Positions 1 through 16,213 of a stretch of DNA of 64,000 nucleotides are shown in pieces. The stretch comes from Eledone cirrhosa (lineage: Eukaryota), in NCBI GenBank assembly GCA_964016885.1, contig OZ024740.1:200198001-200262000 (forward strand). The letters run 5' to 3'. The position numbers were made by a program, and so were the translations under genes. Every line of letters starts with the position of its first letter. The stretch's first letter is position 1. A model generated the notes under the pieces. That model was given only the letters and a program-made list of their open reading frames with translations. It was not told where the DNA came from and did no database searches.

Positions 1-1415
1 CCTATTTGCATCCGATCCTTCTTCCATTTCTCGAACATTCTCTTCACAAAAACACGCTACGATAGTCACCTCAGTTTTTATGCTGCTGTTTTCACCACCA
101 CCTTATCATTCCCCGAGGTTTCACCTCAAGACCCACCCCACTCCATACGCCACCCTCTTACTGAGCCAATCCTTACCCACCCCTCTCGCCATAACATATG
201 GGCGACTCGCCGTTCAACTTTCTAAAGCCTAACTTTATCTCTCCTCCACTTTCCACCGATCCCGCTATCAATTCATCCTTCTCGTCAAACGCCGCCTTTT
301 CAATGTTCTCACCTGTAGCAAGAAACACAAACTTAAATAACTCAGTTCCCCGCCTGCCGTCACTACACATACTCATATCACCTCTAGTCCTAACCCTATT
401 ATCTTGTCACCTATGACCTCTTCTCTCATAGAACCCACCCTCTCTCCTCTCCCCACCAATAACTCCCTACACACCTTGTCTAATAACCACAACTGCTACT
501 TTCGCCCAAGTTCAGGACCTAAGACTCTCCGAAGATGAGAGCATCCGCACTGCCAGGATTTGAGCTTCAAACCTACCACATCCACCTGCAACAATTTCCA
601 CACACGTGCCGACATTGAAGGGTTGTTCCATCGACTAAAGCTCAAAGTTTTTTCCACGACACCACATGATAGACCCAGACAAAAGACTTCACAAGTCTCA
701 GTCGGCGGCAATCATACTGGACGCCGAAATTTGGCCAGCTCAGAACCCTCGACTTCTTTGTCGACTCTTGCTGACGCACTGTGAACCGGTTCAATTTCCA
801 CATGCGTTCCTGTCGCAATAACCTTACTTGCGCTCGTTACAGCCTACGGTGTCGGGATGGCAATGTGATCAAACCCACCGACAAGGGATTCGCCGTGGTG
901 GACCTCTACATGAATGAGACACTCCGGCAAGTAATTGTCACCCATTTTTACCGCCCTTTATCCTCTGACCCCACCACTGGCTTCGAACAGATTGTTTCCT
1001 CCAACATTAACAAACTCATCTCCTCCTCTCTCCTGTCCCCCACAGCCGCAAACCTTATAGTACGCAACACTCGCACACCCACCATCTATTTCCTCCCCCA
1101 AATATATAAACTTAATAAACATGGCTGTCATATCAATTCCGTCTGTAACTGCCCCACGAACCCATCTCACAATACCTCAATACCCTTCGCGCTCTTTAGT
1201 TGCCGTTCTCAAGATGACGGCGTCCGTGCTCTCCTACATGTTTTTTGACGAACGCCTCACCCCTTACCCACGCTTACGTCTAATTCACCACGTCCTAACC
1301 CACCTACATCTAACTGTATATACGCTACTCCTAATTTTTCCGCACTCGCTGGCTCTGCAGAAGGACCATGATTTCAAGATCCAGTCTCAACTCATGGATT
1401 CTCGCTTCACCCAGC

Positions 1416-1416
<1 letters not shown>
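1..1416 (+). mobile_element. Degraded Penelope-like element remnant (Neptune-like N-terminal/pre-RT region)
   Basis: ORF 781-1248 has VIKPTDKGFAVV..LYMNETLRQ..YRPLSSDPT..RTPTIYFLPQIYK..INSVCNCPT, matching the PLE IKPADKG/DPT/LPKIHK/RPIVS pattern; frameshifted; ends at a (TA)n tract. Confidence 0.75.
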
Positions 1417-1452
<36 letters not shown>

Positions 1453-1459
<7 letters not shown>

Positions 1460-1695
1460 TAAAATAACAGATTAAAGTTTAAGCAAAGAATCGCTAGGCT
1501 GGACTGGTGTAATTCCTGAAAAGGTTTATTATACTATGATCATTTCAATGACCTGGTTTAGTATGAATCCAGTGACATCATCAGATATTCGAAATATAAC
1601 AAAGGAATATAATAGACAAAATCCATTTGGGCTGAAAATCAGAGACATGAGGACGACCGAACATTTAGCAGCCTCTACCCCAGTCGGCCGCCCTC

Positions 1696-1741
<46 letters not shown>

Positions 1742-1828
1742 TTTAATAAATATTTGCTCTATATTTGATATATATTTATCCTTATCGAGCCCTCTTTGGA
1801 CTTTAGTCTTCAAATTTATTATTATTAT

Positions 1829-1833
<5 letters not shown>
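1453..1833. mobile_element. PLE pLTR relic related to the 31578-34120 family
   Basis: 1455-1495 matches about 31667-31707; 1740-1832 is the reverse complement of about 31578-31678; interrupted and flanked by (TA)n. Confidence 0.7.
1530..1590 (-). ncRNA. Type I hammerhead ribozyme
   Basis: Minus strand reads ATAT-CTGATGA-[tgtcactgg..ccaggtcatt]-GAAA-TGATCA-TA-GTAT; palindromic stem III, short stem I. Confidence 0.65.
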
Positions 1834-1907
<74 letters not shown>

Positions 1908-1910
<3 letters not shown>

Positions 1911-2098
1911 CGAAGGAATTGTGGTAAGGAACCAGGTGGACCATAACGCACCAAAGTACTCAATACTTGGGGTAGTAGAGTGGGTAATAGGAACCAGTAA
2001 GACCCCGACAGCTGAGCTCAAGCCGTTTCGACGGCTAATTCCAGAATTAGCCGTCGAAACGGCTTGAGCTCAGCTGTCGGGGCCTTACTGGTTCCTAT
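1908..2098 (-). mobile_element. Mini fold-back PLE derivative, family A copy 1
   Basis: About 55-bp inverted arms (1987-2098) plus an unpaired tail of about 80 bp; near-identical to 10816-11012; flanked by (TA)n. Confidence 0.85.
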
Positions 2099-2120
2099 AT
2101 ATATATATATATATATATAT

Positions 2121-2340
2121 ATACTGTTTTAGGGTTGAGGGCCGAAAGAATGAGTACTCAATATCATAGTAGAGATTAATTTAATATAATCTTTTTTTTA
2201 AAAAAAGCTTGAGATGTTGTTACTCAGGAATTTTCGGTCTACACGGATTAGAAATATCTGACGAAGCTTTGCGTACACAGAAGAACCTCCAAGAAATGCG
2301 TATGGTTTTATAGTAAACTGGTTCGAGTTACAATGGTAAA
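2121..2340 (-). mobile_element. PLE pLTR tail fragment
   Basis: Starts at (TA)n; minus strand has CTCTACTATGATATTGAGTACT (tail motif) at 2153-2175; right boundary uncertain. Confidence 0.45.
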
Positions 2341-2618
2341 CGGATGAGATTGACTACCAGCGGCAAGATTTCTCCTTAAGCAACATAATTTATTTCAGGT
2401 TGATCCAGTAACTGCAATTGAAATTCTCAACCTACACGTTAATTAGACGAACAATGACATGTGTACTGTATTTAATTTAATTAATTACATTTAATTAACA
2501 CTACTCAGTTCTCTTACTTCTGAATCATCTGCTTGCTATAGGCACATAAGTATATATATATATATATATAATGAGTGAGTGTATGTATATCTATATATAT
2601 ATATATATATTTATATAT

Positions 2619-2965
2619 AATTGGTGTTGGATGCTTAAAGCGTCCGTAAGCTGTAGGCCGTCTTAGCACTCGATGTTCTTACAGAGCAGAGTATGATATA
2701 TATCACATAAGAAACGGAGAATTAGTGGTGCGACGAATACAATTTATTAGACAGATTGCAATCGTTTCTCTGGCAATCAGATCGAGGTCCGATCGATGCA
2801 ATGATCGAACCTGACTCTGAAATCGCAAGGCCCTCAGATACGTCTCGATTCTACGAAGCAGAGTTTCCAAATGTCCAGTTACACCCGCGGCCTTCACTCG
2901 GCATCTTAGCTCGTGTTATTGTCATTCTATGAGTCGTCAAGAATTATACTGATGACTGGGTGTAA
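2619..2965 (-). mobile_element. Degraded PLE pLTR fragment with tail motif and 3' half of a hammerhead
   Basis: Minus strand has GAAAC-GATTGCAATC-TGTC (palindromic stem III, GUC) near 2750-2768 and TACTC-TGCTCT-GTA-AGAACA-TC-GAGTGCT at 2665-2693. Confidence 0.5.
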
Positions 2966-3445
2966 TTAATTCACAATAGCACTAAAACAGCGTTTAAGCA
3001 TAATAGAGATGATTTTGAAAGCATAAACATATTCGTATGATAAACAATTTCGTACGATAAACATATTTGTAGCCTCGTAATCAAAGATCAAATATTTTTT
3101 GAAACGAAATAAATAAGTGTTTCTCATTATTTCTACCTGAACATGTCGCAGAGTCAGAAGGAGTCGAGTATGCCAGATGTTTGGTATATATATATGTGGT
3201 GCGTTGGATTGGGGGCAGAGAAATACGTTGATGCCTTCAACATGACATTTGATTTCACGTTGTCCCATTTCAGTGAACCAAAACAACATTGAATGGCAAG
3301 ATCCGGTGGTACTTAATTCTACGATGGACTGACTGGGTTCAGTGACATAACACCAATGATATATCCAGGATAAGAAATGACCTGATGATTCTTTGGACTT
3401 GAGATAATATACATAGGGTGAGAGACACACACACATATATGTATG

Positions 3446-3496
<51 letters not shown>

Positions 3497-3522
3497 ATAT
3501 GTGTATATATGTATATATATAT

Positions 3523-3994
3523 GCAAAAGTTTTATTTAAAATTGTTGGGTTACAACAAGTAAATATTTTATAACTGATATAAAGCACTCGACAAGTTTTT
3601 GGAGTAGATATACGATATTAAACAAATGGAAACTGTATTTATAAAACCATATTTATTTCATTATACATATTTCAGGGATACCATATTAAAAATATGGCAT
3701 GCCTTCGTCAGATAAAATACAATATATAAACAGTTTTATAAATAATTTTGACGTAACCTATTATAAGCGACCATTATAACACTATAACTAAATAATTATA
3801 AACAAATCACTATCCAGACAGCTTCCAAATATAATGGTCGCTTATAATAGGGAACGTCAAAATTATTTATAAAACTGTTTATATATTGTATTTTATCTGA
3901 CGAAGGCATGCCATATTTTTAATATGGTATCCCTGAATTATGTATAATGAAATAAATATGGTTTTATAAATATAGTTTCCATTTGTTTAATATC

Positions 3995-4000
<6 letters not shown>
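3523..4000. mobile_element. Non-coding head-to-head PLE insert with two hammerhead copies
   Basis: Inverted arms about 3608-3778 and 3830-4000; left arm has an extra tail of about 85 bp; (TA)n on both sides. Confidence 0.85.
3650..3724 (-). ncRNA. Type I hammerhead ribozyme (intact core)
   Basis: TATTGTATTTTAT-CTGACGA-AGGCATGCCATATT ttt AATATGGTATCCCT-GAAA-TATGTA-TA-ATGAAATAAATA; stems I and II pair. The plus-strand twin at 3884-3959 has GAAT instead of GAAA. Confidence 0.8.
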
Positions 4001-4042
<42 letters not shown>

Positions 4043-4586
4043 CGTTTCTGAATTTGTTTAGCAAGATTCTTTATCTGAAATTGTGTGTTGAAACCGATAT
4101 TGTTATACTTTGGGAGGGTCATGTTGCCAATTAGAAACACACGCACCAGTTTCTTTCACTTCAATTTATTATATATTTATAAATTTATAAATTTACAAAT
4201 TTACAAACTTATAAATTTCTGGTTGGTTGGTTGGTTCTACAACCAGATAGTTGTTTATATATAGTTATAGTCCTTTCGTCACACACTCTGTGACCTCTTC
4301 AGTGACTGGGGATTCCTTTCTTCGTTTCTGTGCCTTTCCTTTCTTCTATCCTACGCCATTTTGTTTCTGTGTGTGTGTTGTGTGCTCAGTTTGCGCATGC
4401 GCCACATCCGGGTGTCTGTGTGTGTTTGTGTTCATTTATCTATTTGTTTATTTATTTATTTATTTATTGTTGGTTGGTTGTTTGTTCTATGTGTGTGTGT
4501 GTTTTCATTTTGTCCTGTGTGTGTTTTCATTTTGTCCTTAATTGTAAGTTGTTTGTTCTATGTGTGTGTGTGTTTTCATTTTGTCC

Positions 4587-5798
4587 TTAATTGTAAGTTG
4601 TGATGTTGCTGTTCCACTCATATTTTCTATTTAATTTTGGTTTTAATTCTTTTATGCTTACTGCCTCTGTAATTTCCCTAAACATTGCGTCTTTTCTGTG
4701 TGTGGATTCTATTTTTATTTCTATGCTCTCTAATCTACCCCTGTGTTCTATCTTAGCATGTTGGTAGAGCACAGATGATTCTTTATTATCTTGGAGGTCT
4801 CGCCAGTGTTCATTTATTCGTTCCCCTATACTACGAGCTGTCTCACCTATGTACACTATATTTTTGTTTCTACATTGTCCTTCAGTACATCTTATGCTTT
4901 ACACTACATTTCTAGTTTTACAGTTAATATGGGGGCTTATTTTACAGGTTATACATTTCTTATCTATACATGAGGGTCTTTGGAACGGGTATGTCTTGCT
5001 AATAAGTGTTTTTACGGAGGTACTAGGTCTTTCTACTATTTTAATATTGAGATTATGTTTATTTAGGGCCCTTCTAAATTTATAGGCTAGTTCGCCTCTA
5101 GGGGTTGTATTGATGAGCATTACACTCTGGTATTTATTGCTATCATACCATGAGTTTATTCTATTGGCCTTGTTCCTAGTTCTTTCTATTCTATTCCAAA
5201 ATTTGCTCCTATACAAGGGGCAGGTCCCATTTATGTCATTATTTACCATTTTTTCCCATTTGGTTCTGGCTCCTTTATACACTCTGATTCTATCTCTCTG
5301 ATTGTAGCCAGAGAACTGCATACGGTGGATGAAGTGTTGTATGTGTCTCTCTAGTTCTTCGGGGTTGCACATGCGGGACACATTTCTCATCACCCGTACC
5401 AAATCCGCAATCAGTATGTTGATTTTGGTATGGTCCGAAATGGCCGAGTTTCGGTGGATCAGATGTTTGGAAGTCATGGGTTTGGCATAATGGGAATGGA
5501 GGATTCGTTTTTGGTTGTTAATGGTATCTAACCAGAGCTCTGTGTCTAGTACAGGTAATCGATGGCTGGGGTGTCTACTTGGGTAGTCTATAGTAACTCT
5601 AATGCTCTGGTGGATGGAGTTTGCTATTTGCTGGATGCTTTCCATTGTGTTTTTCTCTAGTTCCTGACTGTTCTTTAGTGGGGGTGTCTTAACTACGATG
5701 TTTATATCATCTACGTAGCGGGAGTACATTATCAGGGTTAATCTGTCTTCTAATTGTTCATTAAGTTTTTGTTTAAGTCTACTGTCCCACCATACCAT
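4587..5798 (-). pseudogene. 3' part of the same PLE ORF (RT palm/thumb plus GIY-YIG) in the inverted arm
   Basis: ORFs 4899-5879 and 4587-4856 repeat YSRYVDD..YIGETARSIGERINEH. Confidence 0.9.
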
Positions 5799-5841
5799 AT
5801 TGAAGTGAAAGCAACTGGTGCGTGTGTTTCTTATTGGCAAC

Positions 5842-8800
5842 ATGACCCTCCCAAAGTATAACAATATCGTTTTCAACACACGATTTCAGATAAAGAATCT
5901 TGCTAAACAAATTCAGAAACGAAATATCGTAAGCCTTAGCCAGGCTAACAAGATACTGAAAACCACCATGTTCTGTTGTCTAGGAAAAACCATAACATCT
6001 CGACAACTACGCTTCATAAAACTGTGCACCACTTCTAGAATCTACACCAACACCATCAATACCGACGTTAGAAGATTACAACTCACCAAAAATCAAGCAG
6101 ATAGGCTAAAACGAACTTTAATTCTAAACATAAAAAAGAAGATGTATAGAGAATTAAGTCATCAAGAAAAACTAAAGCGTAACCTAATACAAGAAATAGC
6201 TAAAATCACCACACCAGCAGAAAAAATAATATTTATAAGCCTTATACGCCCCGAAGAACAGTACATTACTCAAGAATGTGATAAGCACTTTAACAGAAAA
6301 CTAAAGTGGCTTAAACAGGCAAAGCTAAATCAGGATACTATAGAGTATACCAATAGATATCCCGACAAAATTGACGGTATCAACATGGCCGACACCTCAT
6401 TATCAGAGGAGTTCAACAACGAAAATACCAACATTTATGGAAACACGGAAATAGATAATAATGAAATGTCTGTGTTAAGTCTGCCACCCAAATTTGCGAC
6501 ATTCAAGAAGGTAAATATGATTAGTTGTCTGTCAGAAATAGAAAAATCATTTACAAAACTACGCTGGAGCATCAAAAACAAAAGCAACAATATACGCACA
6601 CACATATACAACACACATCCCAACAACAACAGACACACAGACACAAACAACAATAACAACAACAACAATAGCAACATACCCAGATACAACAACAACAGAC
6701 ACGCAGACACAAACAACAATAACAACACACACAACAACGATAACACACACGGAGACAACAATAACAACAACACACACATCAACAACAACAACAATAGCAA
6801 CATACCCAGATACAACAACAGACACGTAGACACAAACAACAATAACAACACACACAACAACGATAACACACACACACACGGAGACAACAACAACACACAT
6901 CAACAACAACAACACACACGCATTCAATGCCTCTCACCACCACCACAATCTTAACAAACACACAGACACAGAAAACAAGTAATGACAGTAGCACAGAAAT
7001 CAGAGAAATAAGAGAAAGTAATAGGATTAAAAGGAAAAGGAGATGGGAGACTAAGGACAAAAAGAATAACCAAGACGAACACACAGACACACAAAATAGG
7101 GTAGATAACATTGAGCCAGTGGAAAGAGACAGGAGTAATTATGAGAGACATAGAAACAACCATGAGGCTGTTGGTGGAAATAGAAATAGAAACAACACAA
7201 CTAACAATAATAATAGCACTAGTACACATAAAGCAGCAGCCTGGAACTCTCCGTTTTATAACCCCTCCGATAAATCATTCGACCTACGACGAGTCCACGC
7301 CACGACTTTGCCATTTAACAAACGCACGCAGTTGCCGTCGCAGGTCGATGAACAAACAGAAGCACAATTTAGTATAGCTAAATCCGAACTTAGAAATATT
7401 ATAGAACAGTATAGCAAGAAGCATAATAGAATAGAGGCCCAGCAACTGGGAGAAGAATCTGCAAATGGCTTGCGTAAGCTCATGCAGCGCTCGCGTAATG
7501 GAGAGATAGCATGTTTTCCAACAGACAAGTCTGGCAGAATGTCGGTTGACAGCCTGCCAAACTACATCCAGGCAATGCAACCCCACATCACTAACGCAAG
7601 AGAGGTAACACCACAGGAGCATGAGGATAGAGAAAAAGCCCTCAATGCCCATATGGTGATGTGGATGAATATAATGCAGCCCAACAAAAGGACTGCCAAC
7701 AACTTCCAGGCCTGGAACAATGACGTGCCGGCGTTGTATGGGCTTCGAAAAGACCATAAAACGGGCTGGACCCTGTCGCGGGACCACCAACACGGCCAGT
7801 CTGTGGGGCTAACATTGCTAGTAACTACAGACTGTCCTACTTCCTCTCCCTGATCATACTCCCCATCATTGAGATGTTCCCCGATGTGTGTGACAGCACG
7901 GAGGACCTCCTCAGCAGAATCGGCGCGGGTAACCGATCTGGGGACCTAACAAACTGCATAATAGGCAGTATGGATGTTGTGTCCCTGTATCCATCTATTG
8001 ACGTGGATTTTGCTGTGGGGAAATGCGTAGAAATGATCAGCGAGAGCAAGGTTGAGTTCCGTGGGATTGATACCAGTGAGCTGGGTCTTCTACTTAAGCT
8101 TACCCATAGTAATAGTTACCTAGACACTTATGACCTTAGCAACCTGTGCCCTACAAGACCAGCAAGAGGCAGACCACCTACCATTACCTCTATGGCCAAG
8201 AAAACCCACACAGATAGATGGAACGGGTGGACCAGAGCCATACGGACACCCGAAAACCACGATGAACTGAAGAAAATGATTGCACATGCGGTAGGGGCCA
8301 GCATAAAATTAACCCTTAAGGAACATATGTTCAAATTTAATGGTAAAACATATGCCCAAGAGGAAGGAGCAGCCATTGGTGTTAGCATTGCAGGCGACAT
8401 AGCTAACTTATTCATGGTATGGTGGGACAGTAGACTTAAACAAAAACTTAATGAACAATTAGAAGACAGATTAACCCTGATAATGTACTCCCGCTACGTA
8501 GATGATATAAACATCGTAGTTAAGACACCCCCCACTAAAGAACAGTCAGGAACTAGAGAAAAACACAATGGAAAGCATCCAGCAAATAGCAAACTCCATC
8601 CACCAGAGCATTAGAGTTACTATAGACTACCCAAGTAGACACCCCAACCATCGATTACCTGTACTAGACACAGAGCTCTGGTTAGATACCATTAACAACC
8701 AAAAACAAATCCTCCATTCCCATTATGCCAAACCCATGACTTCCAAACATCTGTCCACCGAAACTCGGCCATTTCGGACCATACCAAAATCAACATACTG

Positions 8801-9625
8801 ATTGCGGATTTGGTACGGGTGATGAGAAATGTGTCCCGCATGTGCAACCCCGAAGAACTAGAGAGACACATACAACACTTCATCCACCGTATGCAGTTCT
8901 CTGGCTACAATCAGAGAGATAGAATCAGAGTGTATAAAGGAGCCAGAACCAAATGGGAAAAAATGGTAAATAATGACATAAATGGGACCTGCCCCTTGTA
9001 TAGGAGCAAATTTTGGAATAGAATAGAAAGAACTAGGAACAAGGCCAATAGAATAAACTCATGGTATGATAGCAATAAATACCAGAGTGTAATGTTCATC
9101 AATACAACCCCTAGAGGCGAACTAGCCTATAAATTTAGAAGGGCCCTAAATAAACATAATCTCAATATTAAGATAGTAGAAAGACCTGGTACCTCCGTAA
9201 AAACACTTATTAGCAAGACATACCCGTTCCAAAGACCCTCATGTATAGATAAGAAATGTATAACCTGTAAAATAAGCCCCCATATTAACAGTAAAACTAG
9301 AAATGTAGTGTATAGCATAAGATGTACTGAAGGACAATGTAGAAACAAAAATATAGTGTACATAGGTGAGACAGCTCGTAGTATAGGGGAACAAATAAAT
9401 GAACACTGGCGAGACCTCCAAGATAATAAAGAATCATCTGTGCTCTACCAACATGCTAAGATAGAACACAGGGGTAGATTAGAGAGCATAGAAATAAAAA
9501 TAGAATCCACACACAGAAAAGACTCAATGTTTAGGCAAATTACAGAGGCAGTAAGCATAAAAGAATTAAAACCAAAATTAAATAGAAAATATGAGTGGAA
9601 CAGCAGCATCACAACTTACAATTAA
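5842..9625 (+). pseudogene. PLE polyprotein (RT plus C-terminal GIY-YIG endonuclease), frameshifted into five pieces
   Basis: PTDKSG, LYGLRKDHK, GSMDVVSLYPSI, QEEGAAIG, YSRYVDD, LPVLD, CxxxxCxxC linker, VVYSIRC..YIGETARS..EH, RQITEAVSI..LNRKYEW. Confidence 0.92.
6600..6925 (+). repeat. Compound (AAC)/(AC) repeat with a duplication of about 120 bp, encoding an Asn/His/Thr-rich stretch of the PLE ORF
   Basis: NNNNSNIPRYNN.RH.DTNNNNNTHNNDNTH occurs twice. Confidence 0.85.
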
Positions 9626-9920
9626 GGACAAAATGAAAACACACACACACATAGAACAAACAACTAACAATTAAGGACAAAATGAAAACACACACAAAAT
9701 GAAAACACACACAGGACAAAATGAAAACACACACACACATAGAACAAACAACCAACCAACAATAAATAAATAAACAAATAAACAAATAGATAAATGAACA
9801 CAAACACACACAGACACCCGGATGTGGCGCATGCGCAAACTGAGCACACAACACACACACAGAAACAAAATGGCGTAGGATAGAAGAAAGGAAAGGCACA
9901 GAAACGAAGAAGGAATCCCC

Positions 9921-9963
9921 AGTCACTGAAGAGGTCACAGAGTGTGTGACGAAAGGACTGACT
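9921..9963 (+). ncRNA. Minimal type I hammerhead in the pLTR (twin at 4263-4307, minus)
   Basis: AGTCA-CTGAAGA-G-GTCACA gagtg TGTGAC-GAAA-GGAC(TA)-TGACT; the plus copy lacks 2 nt at the cleavage site and the minus copy keeps them. Confidence 0.65.
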
Positions 9964-10120
9964 ATATATAAACAACTATCTGGTTGTAGAACCAACCAAA
10001 CAACCAGAAATTTATAAGTTTGTAAATTTGTAAATTTATAAATTTATAAATATATAATAAATTGAAGTGAAAGCACTGGTGCGTGTGTTTCTTATTGGCA
10101 ACATGACCCTCCCAAAGTAT

Positions 10121-11086
<966 letters not shown>

Positions 11087-11542
11087 CAAAGGGCAAAGGA
11101 GCTCTTAAGAGTCAATGGCCATCCAAAATCACCGGGAGAGATGACCCCTTAGCCTTTGTCGAGGCAGAATTCTAGGAGAAGGAAAACTCTGATGTAACAC
11201 CTGCAACCCTTATGGTATCCAATGATGTTGACTTGTTCTTCTATTTGGTAAATATCATCTTGGTTAAGAGAGTGGGACTGGCTTTGTGCAGAGCCTTTGC
11301 TCACTATAAAAGTTTCACGGCACAGTCATTGCTTTGTATCTGTAGTTATCTCTGCACTTGTCGTCACATGGTACCATGGGCCCAGCACTATGTGTCAGTA
11401 ATTGTCACAAGTGTAGTGTTTGTACCAGAGTTTTCAAGTCGCTGGCTGGACTAAAATGTCACACTCGTTCAGCGTATCGGTAGGGTATCTCCTACTTGGA
11501 TATAAAGTAGTAGCCGTACTCGAAATCGAGTTGGCAGCCACC

Positions 11543-12360
<818 letters not shown>

Positions 12361-12677
12361 AAATGAAGTAATTCCATCGGAAAGTCCAGGAAAAAAGTGT
12401 GCTCTATGTAGGTAATAGAGGTTAATAGTTATGTAATAAACAACATAAGGCAATTATTCCATTTACCAGTGGTTTCTTAAAAGCAAAAAATGTTGCTTTC
12501 AATTATCAAAATGAAAAAAATCCTGGTCTGTTTATTGACTTTGGATTTTAAAAGCAAAAATGCAATCTATATGAATGTGAGGCTGGAGAAAGAAGAAGGA
12601 AAGGAAAAATAATATAAAACCACACATGCAAACACACACACGAACACACACACACACACACACACAAAAGCATACAT

Positions 12678-12728
<51 letters not shown>

Positions 12729-12901
12729 CAGTCATACATACAGTTATACATACACACAGACATATACACATATATATGTGTATATAAATACACACATACA
12801 CATACATTTACAGATACATACATACGCACATAAATATCAACACATCCATACATACACATACATATATACAACCACACACGCATATATAGACACATATATA
12901 T

Positions 12902-12948
<47 letters not shown>

Positions 12949-13393
12949 CATGCATACACATACATAGCCATACACACATACATATACATACATACATACA
13001 TGCACACACTCATACCTATATACACACGTACATACATACACATACATAAATGCGTATATGCATGTACAAAATTAGGAAAATATACACCCCTCTACATATT
13101 CACACACGCAAATAAATATAAGAAAAAATATATAAAAAATTAAATAATTATACAGTTGACAGCGATACATGCGACGAGTAGATGAACAGACACGCGTGGT
13201 AAGCAATACACACAAATGCACGTATACATACGTACGAAAAAGTAAATACATACACACTCTCACACATGAATATACATATACAAATACATAAATACATACA
13301 TACACATACACAAATACATACACAAACACACACACACTCACACATATACATATATACACACACATATACACACACATATATATACATATATAT

Positions 13394-13470
<77 letters not shown>

Positions 13471-13598
13471 AATACACACACACACATACACACATATATA
13501 TATATGTATACATACACACACACATACATACATAGCTATACAATTATACACATACAAATACGTACATATCACAAACACGCACAACCAAATACAAACAC

Positions 13599-13629
<31 letters not shown>

Positions 13630-13845
13630 CATATATATATACATATATATATATATGTGTGTGTAAAACTCAATCTTAGATAATTCATATAAACCTTATA
13701 TATACATATATATAGTAGTACTGTAATAAACAACATAAGGCAATTATTCCATTCACCAATGGTTTCTTAAAAGCAAAAAAAAATGTTGCCTTCAATCCTC
13801 AGAATGAAAAAAACCTGGACTATTTACATATACATAAATATCCAC

Positions 13846-13906
<61 letters not shown>

Positions 13907-14081
13907 CATACACATACATTATGGTATGTGAAGGGTAAGGCAAAAAGTATATATGGGGGGGGGGAGACATAGGAAAAGGTGATATATAAGGGGAAATAAG
14001 GGAGGAAAAGAATACAAGAGTACAGAAGGTGGATTCAACAAATAATAAAACTGTAGCAGAAGTAAAGAACAGGAAAGGAGT

Positions 14082-16213
14082 TCAAGGCGGTTGATTTATC
14101 ATAGGAGTGTCAATCCAGTTACAGATCAGATGTGATTTCAGATGAGGACTACATCTGAACATCTCAGTCTTTGAGTTTAGGCAGGCAGAGGTGGCTCTCA
14201 AGTTTAGCAAAATCCTATATTTTTCTGTGGTACACAAATAACAATTCTTTGTGCCCCTTTGGTACTCACTTGAATTGTCTAAGATAGACCAATCGATAGA
14301 GTACGGGATGTTACTATCCTTGAATTCCCACATCTTACTTGCGAGGGCCGTTGATGTTCGTTTATCGGAGTGCTTAAAAGAAGCGACATGTGCGTAAAAT
14401 CTGGTTTTAAACTTGTCCTGGGTCATACCGACATATCGCTCACTCCTGGCTGGCTGGTTGTTGATTACCGGTGTTATTTTAGCCTCATAAACAACATATG
14501 TGGTGTTACATTTACCTTGCAATGGGCATTCATCCGGCTTCCTGCAACTGCATCCTGGATTTTTTCCCGTATGATTTGAACTAGTGATCTTGAACTTCAT
14601 AGATTGGCAACAAGAGTAACTGATCTTAACTACGTTCCTATTAAATATCTTATACTATCTATGATTAGGAGGAAAATGTTTGTCTAAGAGTTCAAGGAAT
14701 TTCCTTCCTACATTAGTTTTGACAGTTAGAGAGAAGGGGGTGTGAACCAAATAATTTTCCTTTTCCTGTTATTGTGGTAAGTTTTAGGGGGGGGGGGGGA
14801 GTAGGTAAGAAAAAAATAATTTTCTGTAAAACCGCTGTTCTTAAGGGCTTTATTATAATAAGGGACGGCTTTATTAAAAATGTCTATAGACGAAGATAAG
14901 GTAGAAATCCTACGGCTAATGTTAGGAATAAGATTATTAAAAACTATAGGGGGATGGCAAGACTCTTTGTGTATATACCTAAGATTTTCATTAGGTTTAT
15001 GGTAGGGTTTAAAAGAGGCGGTAAGTAGATCAAGATTAATATCAAGAAAGTTAGCATTGGTAAGGTTCGTATCTATAGTGATTTTAAGGTTAAGATTAGC
15101 AAAAGTATTGATTAAATCTTTACGGAATTTATCAAGGTTATGGCCGTTGGTGGTATGAGAAACTGCCAATCCATCATCACGGTATAAACCGATATTATGG
15201 GAAGAAAATTTCTCTTTGAGGGTGTGGAGAGGGAATAATCCTACTAAGTCACACACATCCGCACTGTCATATGAAACCATTGCAACATCAAGAGAGTTTT
15301 CAGGGTTTGACTTTTTAACCCAAATATTTTCATTAGTAAAGAGTAAAGTTTTTCTAGCATGAAAGATAATGACTTCTTCTAATTTAGAAATATTAATGAA
15401 GGGTCTTGCAAAATCTAAGGCATTAGTTAATAAGGAAACAGTAATGGAGGGGTAAAAATCAACAATATCAAATTGGGTAAATCTACACTTATTTTTACCT
15501 TGTATATTATTAAACCAAGAAATAATAGAGGAAGTATTTAACCACTGTGATAGGACAGTGTTAGTTCTAATTTGGAGAATTATTTTTCTTAAGATTTTTT
15601 ACTTGCAAGGCCAAATTCGGATTTAGCCGGGTTAATCAGTCTACAACTAGGTCGATTAGTAAAGTCCAATTTATGGTCTTTAAGGGTAATATATTCTTTA
15701 CGCTTAGCTAGGCTTTCAATACGGTTGACTATTTTTAAAGAACTAGCTAGTTCTTTAGCTTCTTTATTGATAGTATTGTTGGTATTATTATTATTTAATT
15801 GATATTTGTTGGTAATACTATTAGTTAAAAGTTGGTTATATAAAGTACTATTAACTTCAATGAGATTTTTAGTTTTATCAGAAAGAACAAAAGTGTTTGT
15901 AGAATTTCTAAAATTAGAAATATCGTTAGATAGTTTGAAAGTTATTATTGTACTTACGAAATTTGATATCACTAATTAGATTAACAAGGTCTAATTCGAA
16001 GTTGGCCATGTCTTTAATTCTAGGTGGATATTTACGGGATTTTATGTCAAAACAATCATTAGTATCAGCACTGAATAGTCCATCGTAAACCATTGCCTTC
16101 CATCTCATTCTTTTAACGACTTGTTCGATTTTATCTATAAGCATTTTGGTATAAGTTATGTTGGAAGGTGTAGGTATATTTTTGATTGAATAATCCAATT
16201 CATAAAGGTCCAT
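14082..16213 (-). pseudogene. PLE RT plus GIY-YIG polyprotein, frameshifted
   Basis: YSIKNIPTP..KRMRWKA, SDKTKN, ITLKDHK..RLINPAKSEFG, GLYRDDGL, FLDI, CSCRKPDECPLQGKC, VVYEA..YVGMTQDKFKTRFYAH, CYLCTTEK. Confidence 0.92.

Noticed and set aside
2258-2305. CTGACGA..GAAATGCGTA hammerhead-like string
   Set aside because: No convincing stem I or stem II pairing
3381-3420. CTGATGA followed by GAGA
   Set aside because: Second core box and stems missing
5799-5879. N-terminal part of ORF 4899-5879
   Set aside because: Chimeric read-through across the inversion junction into the antisense of the other arm
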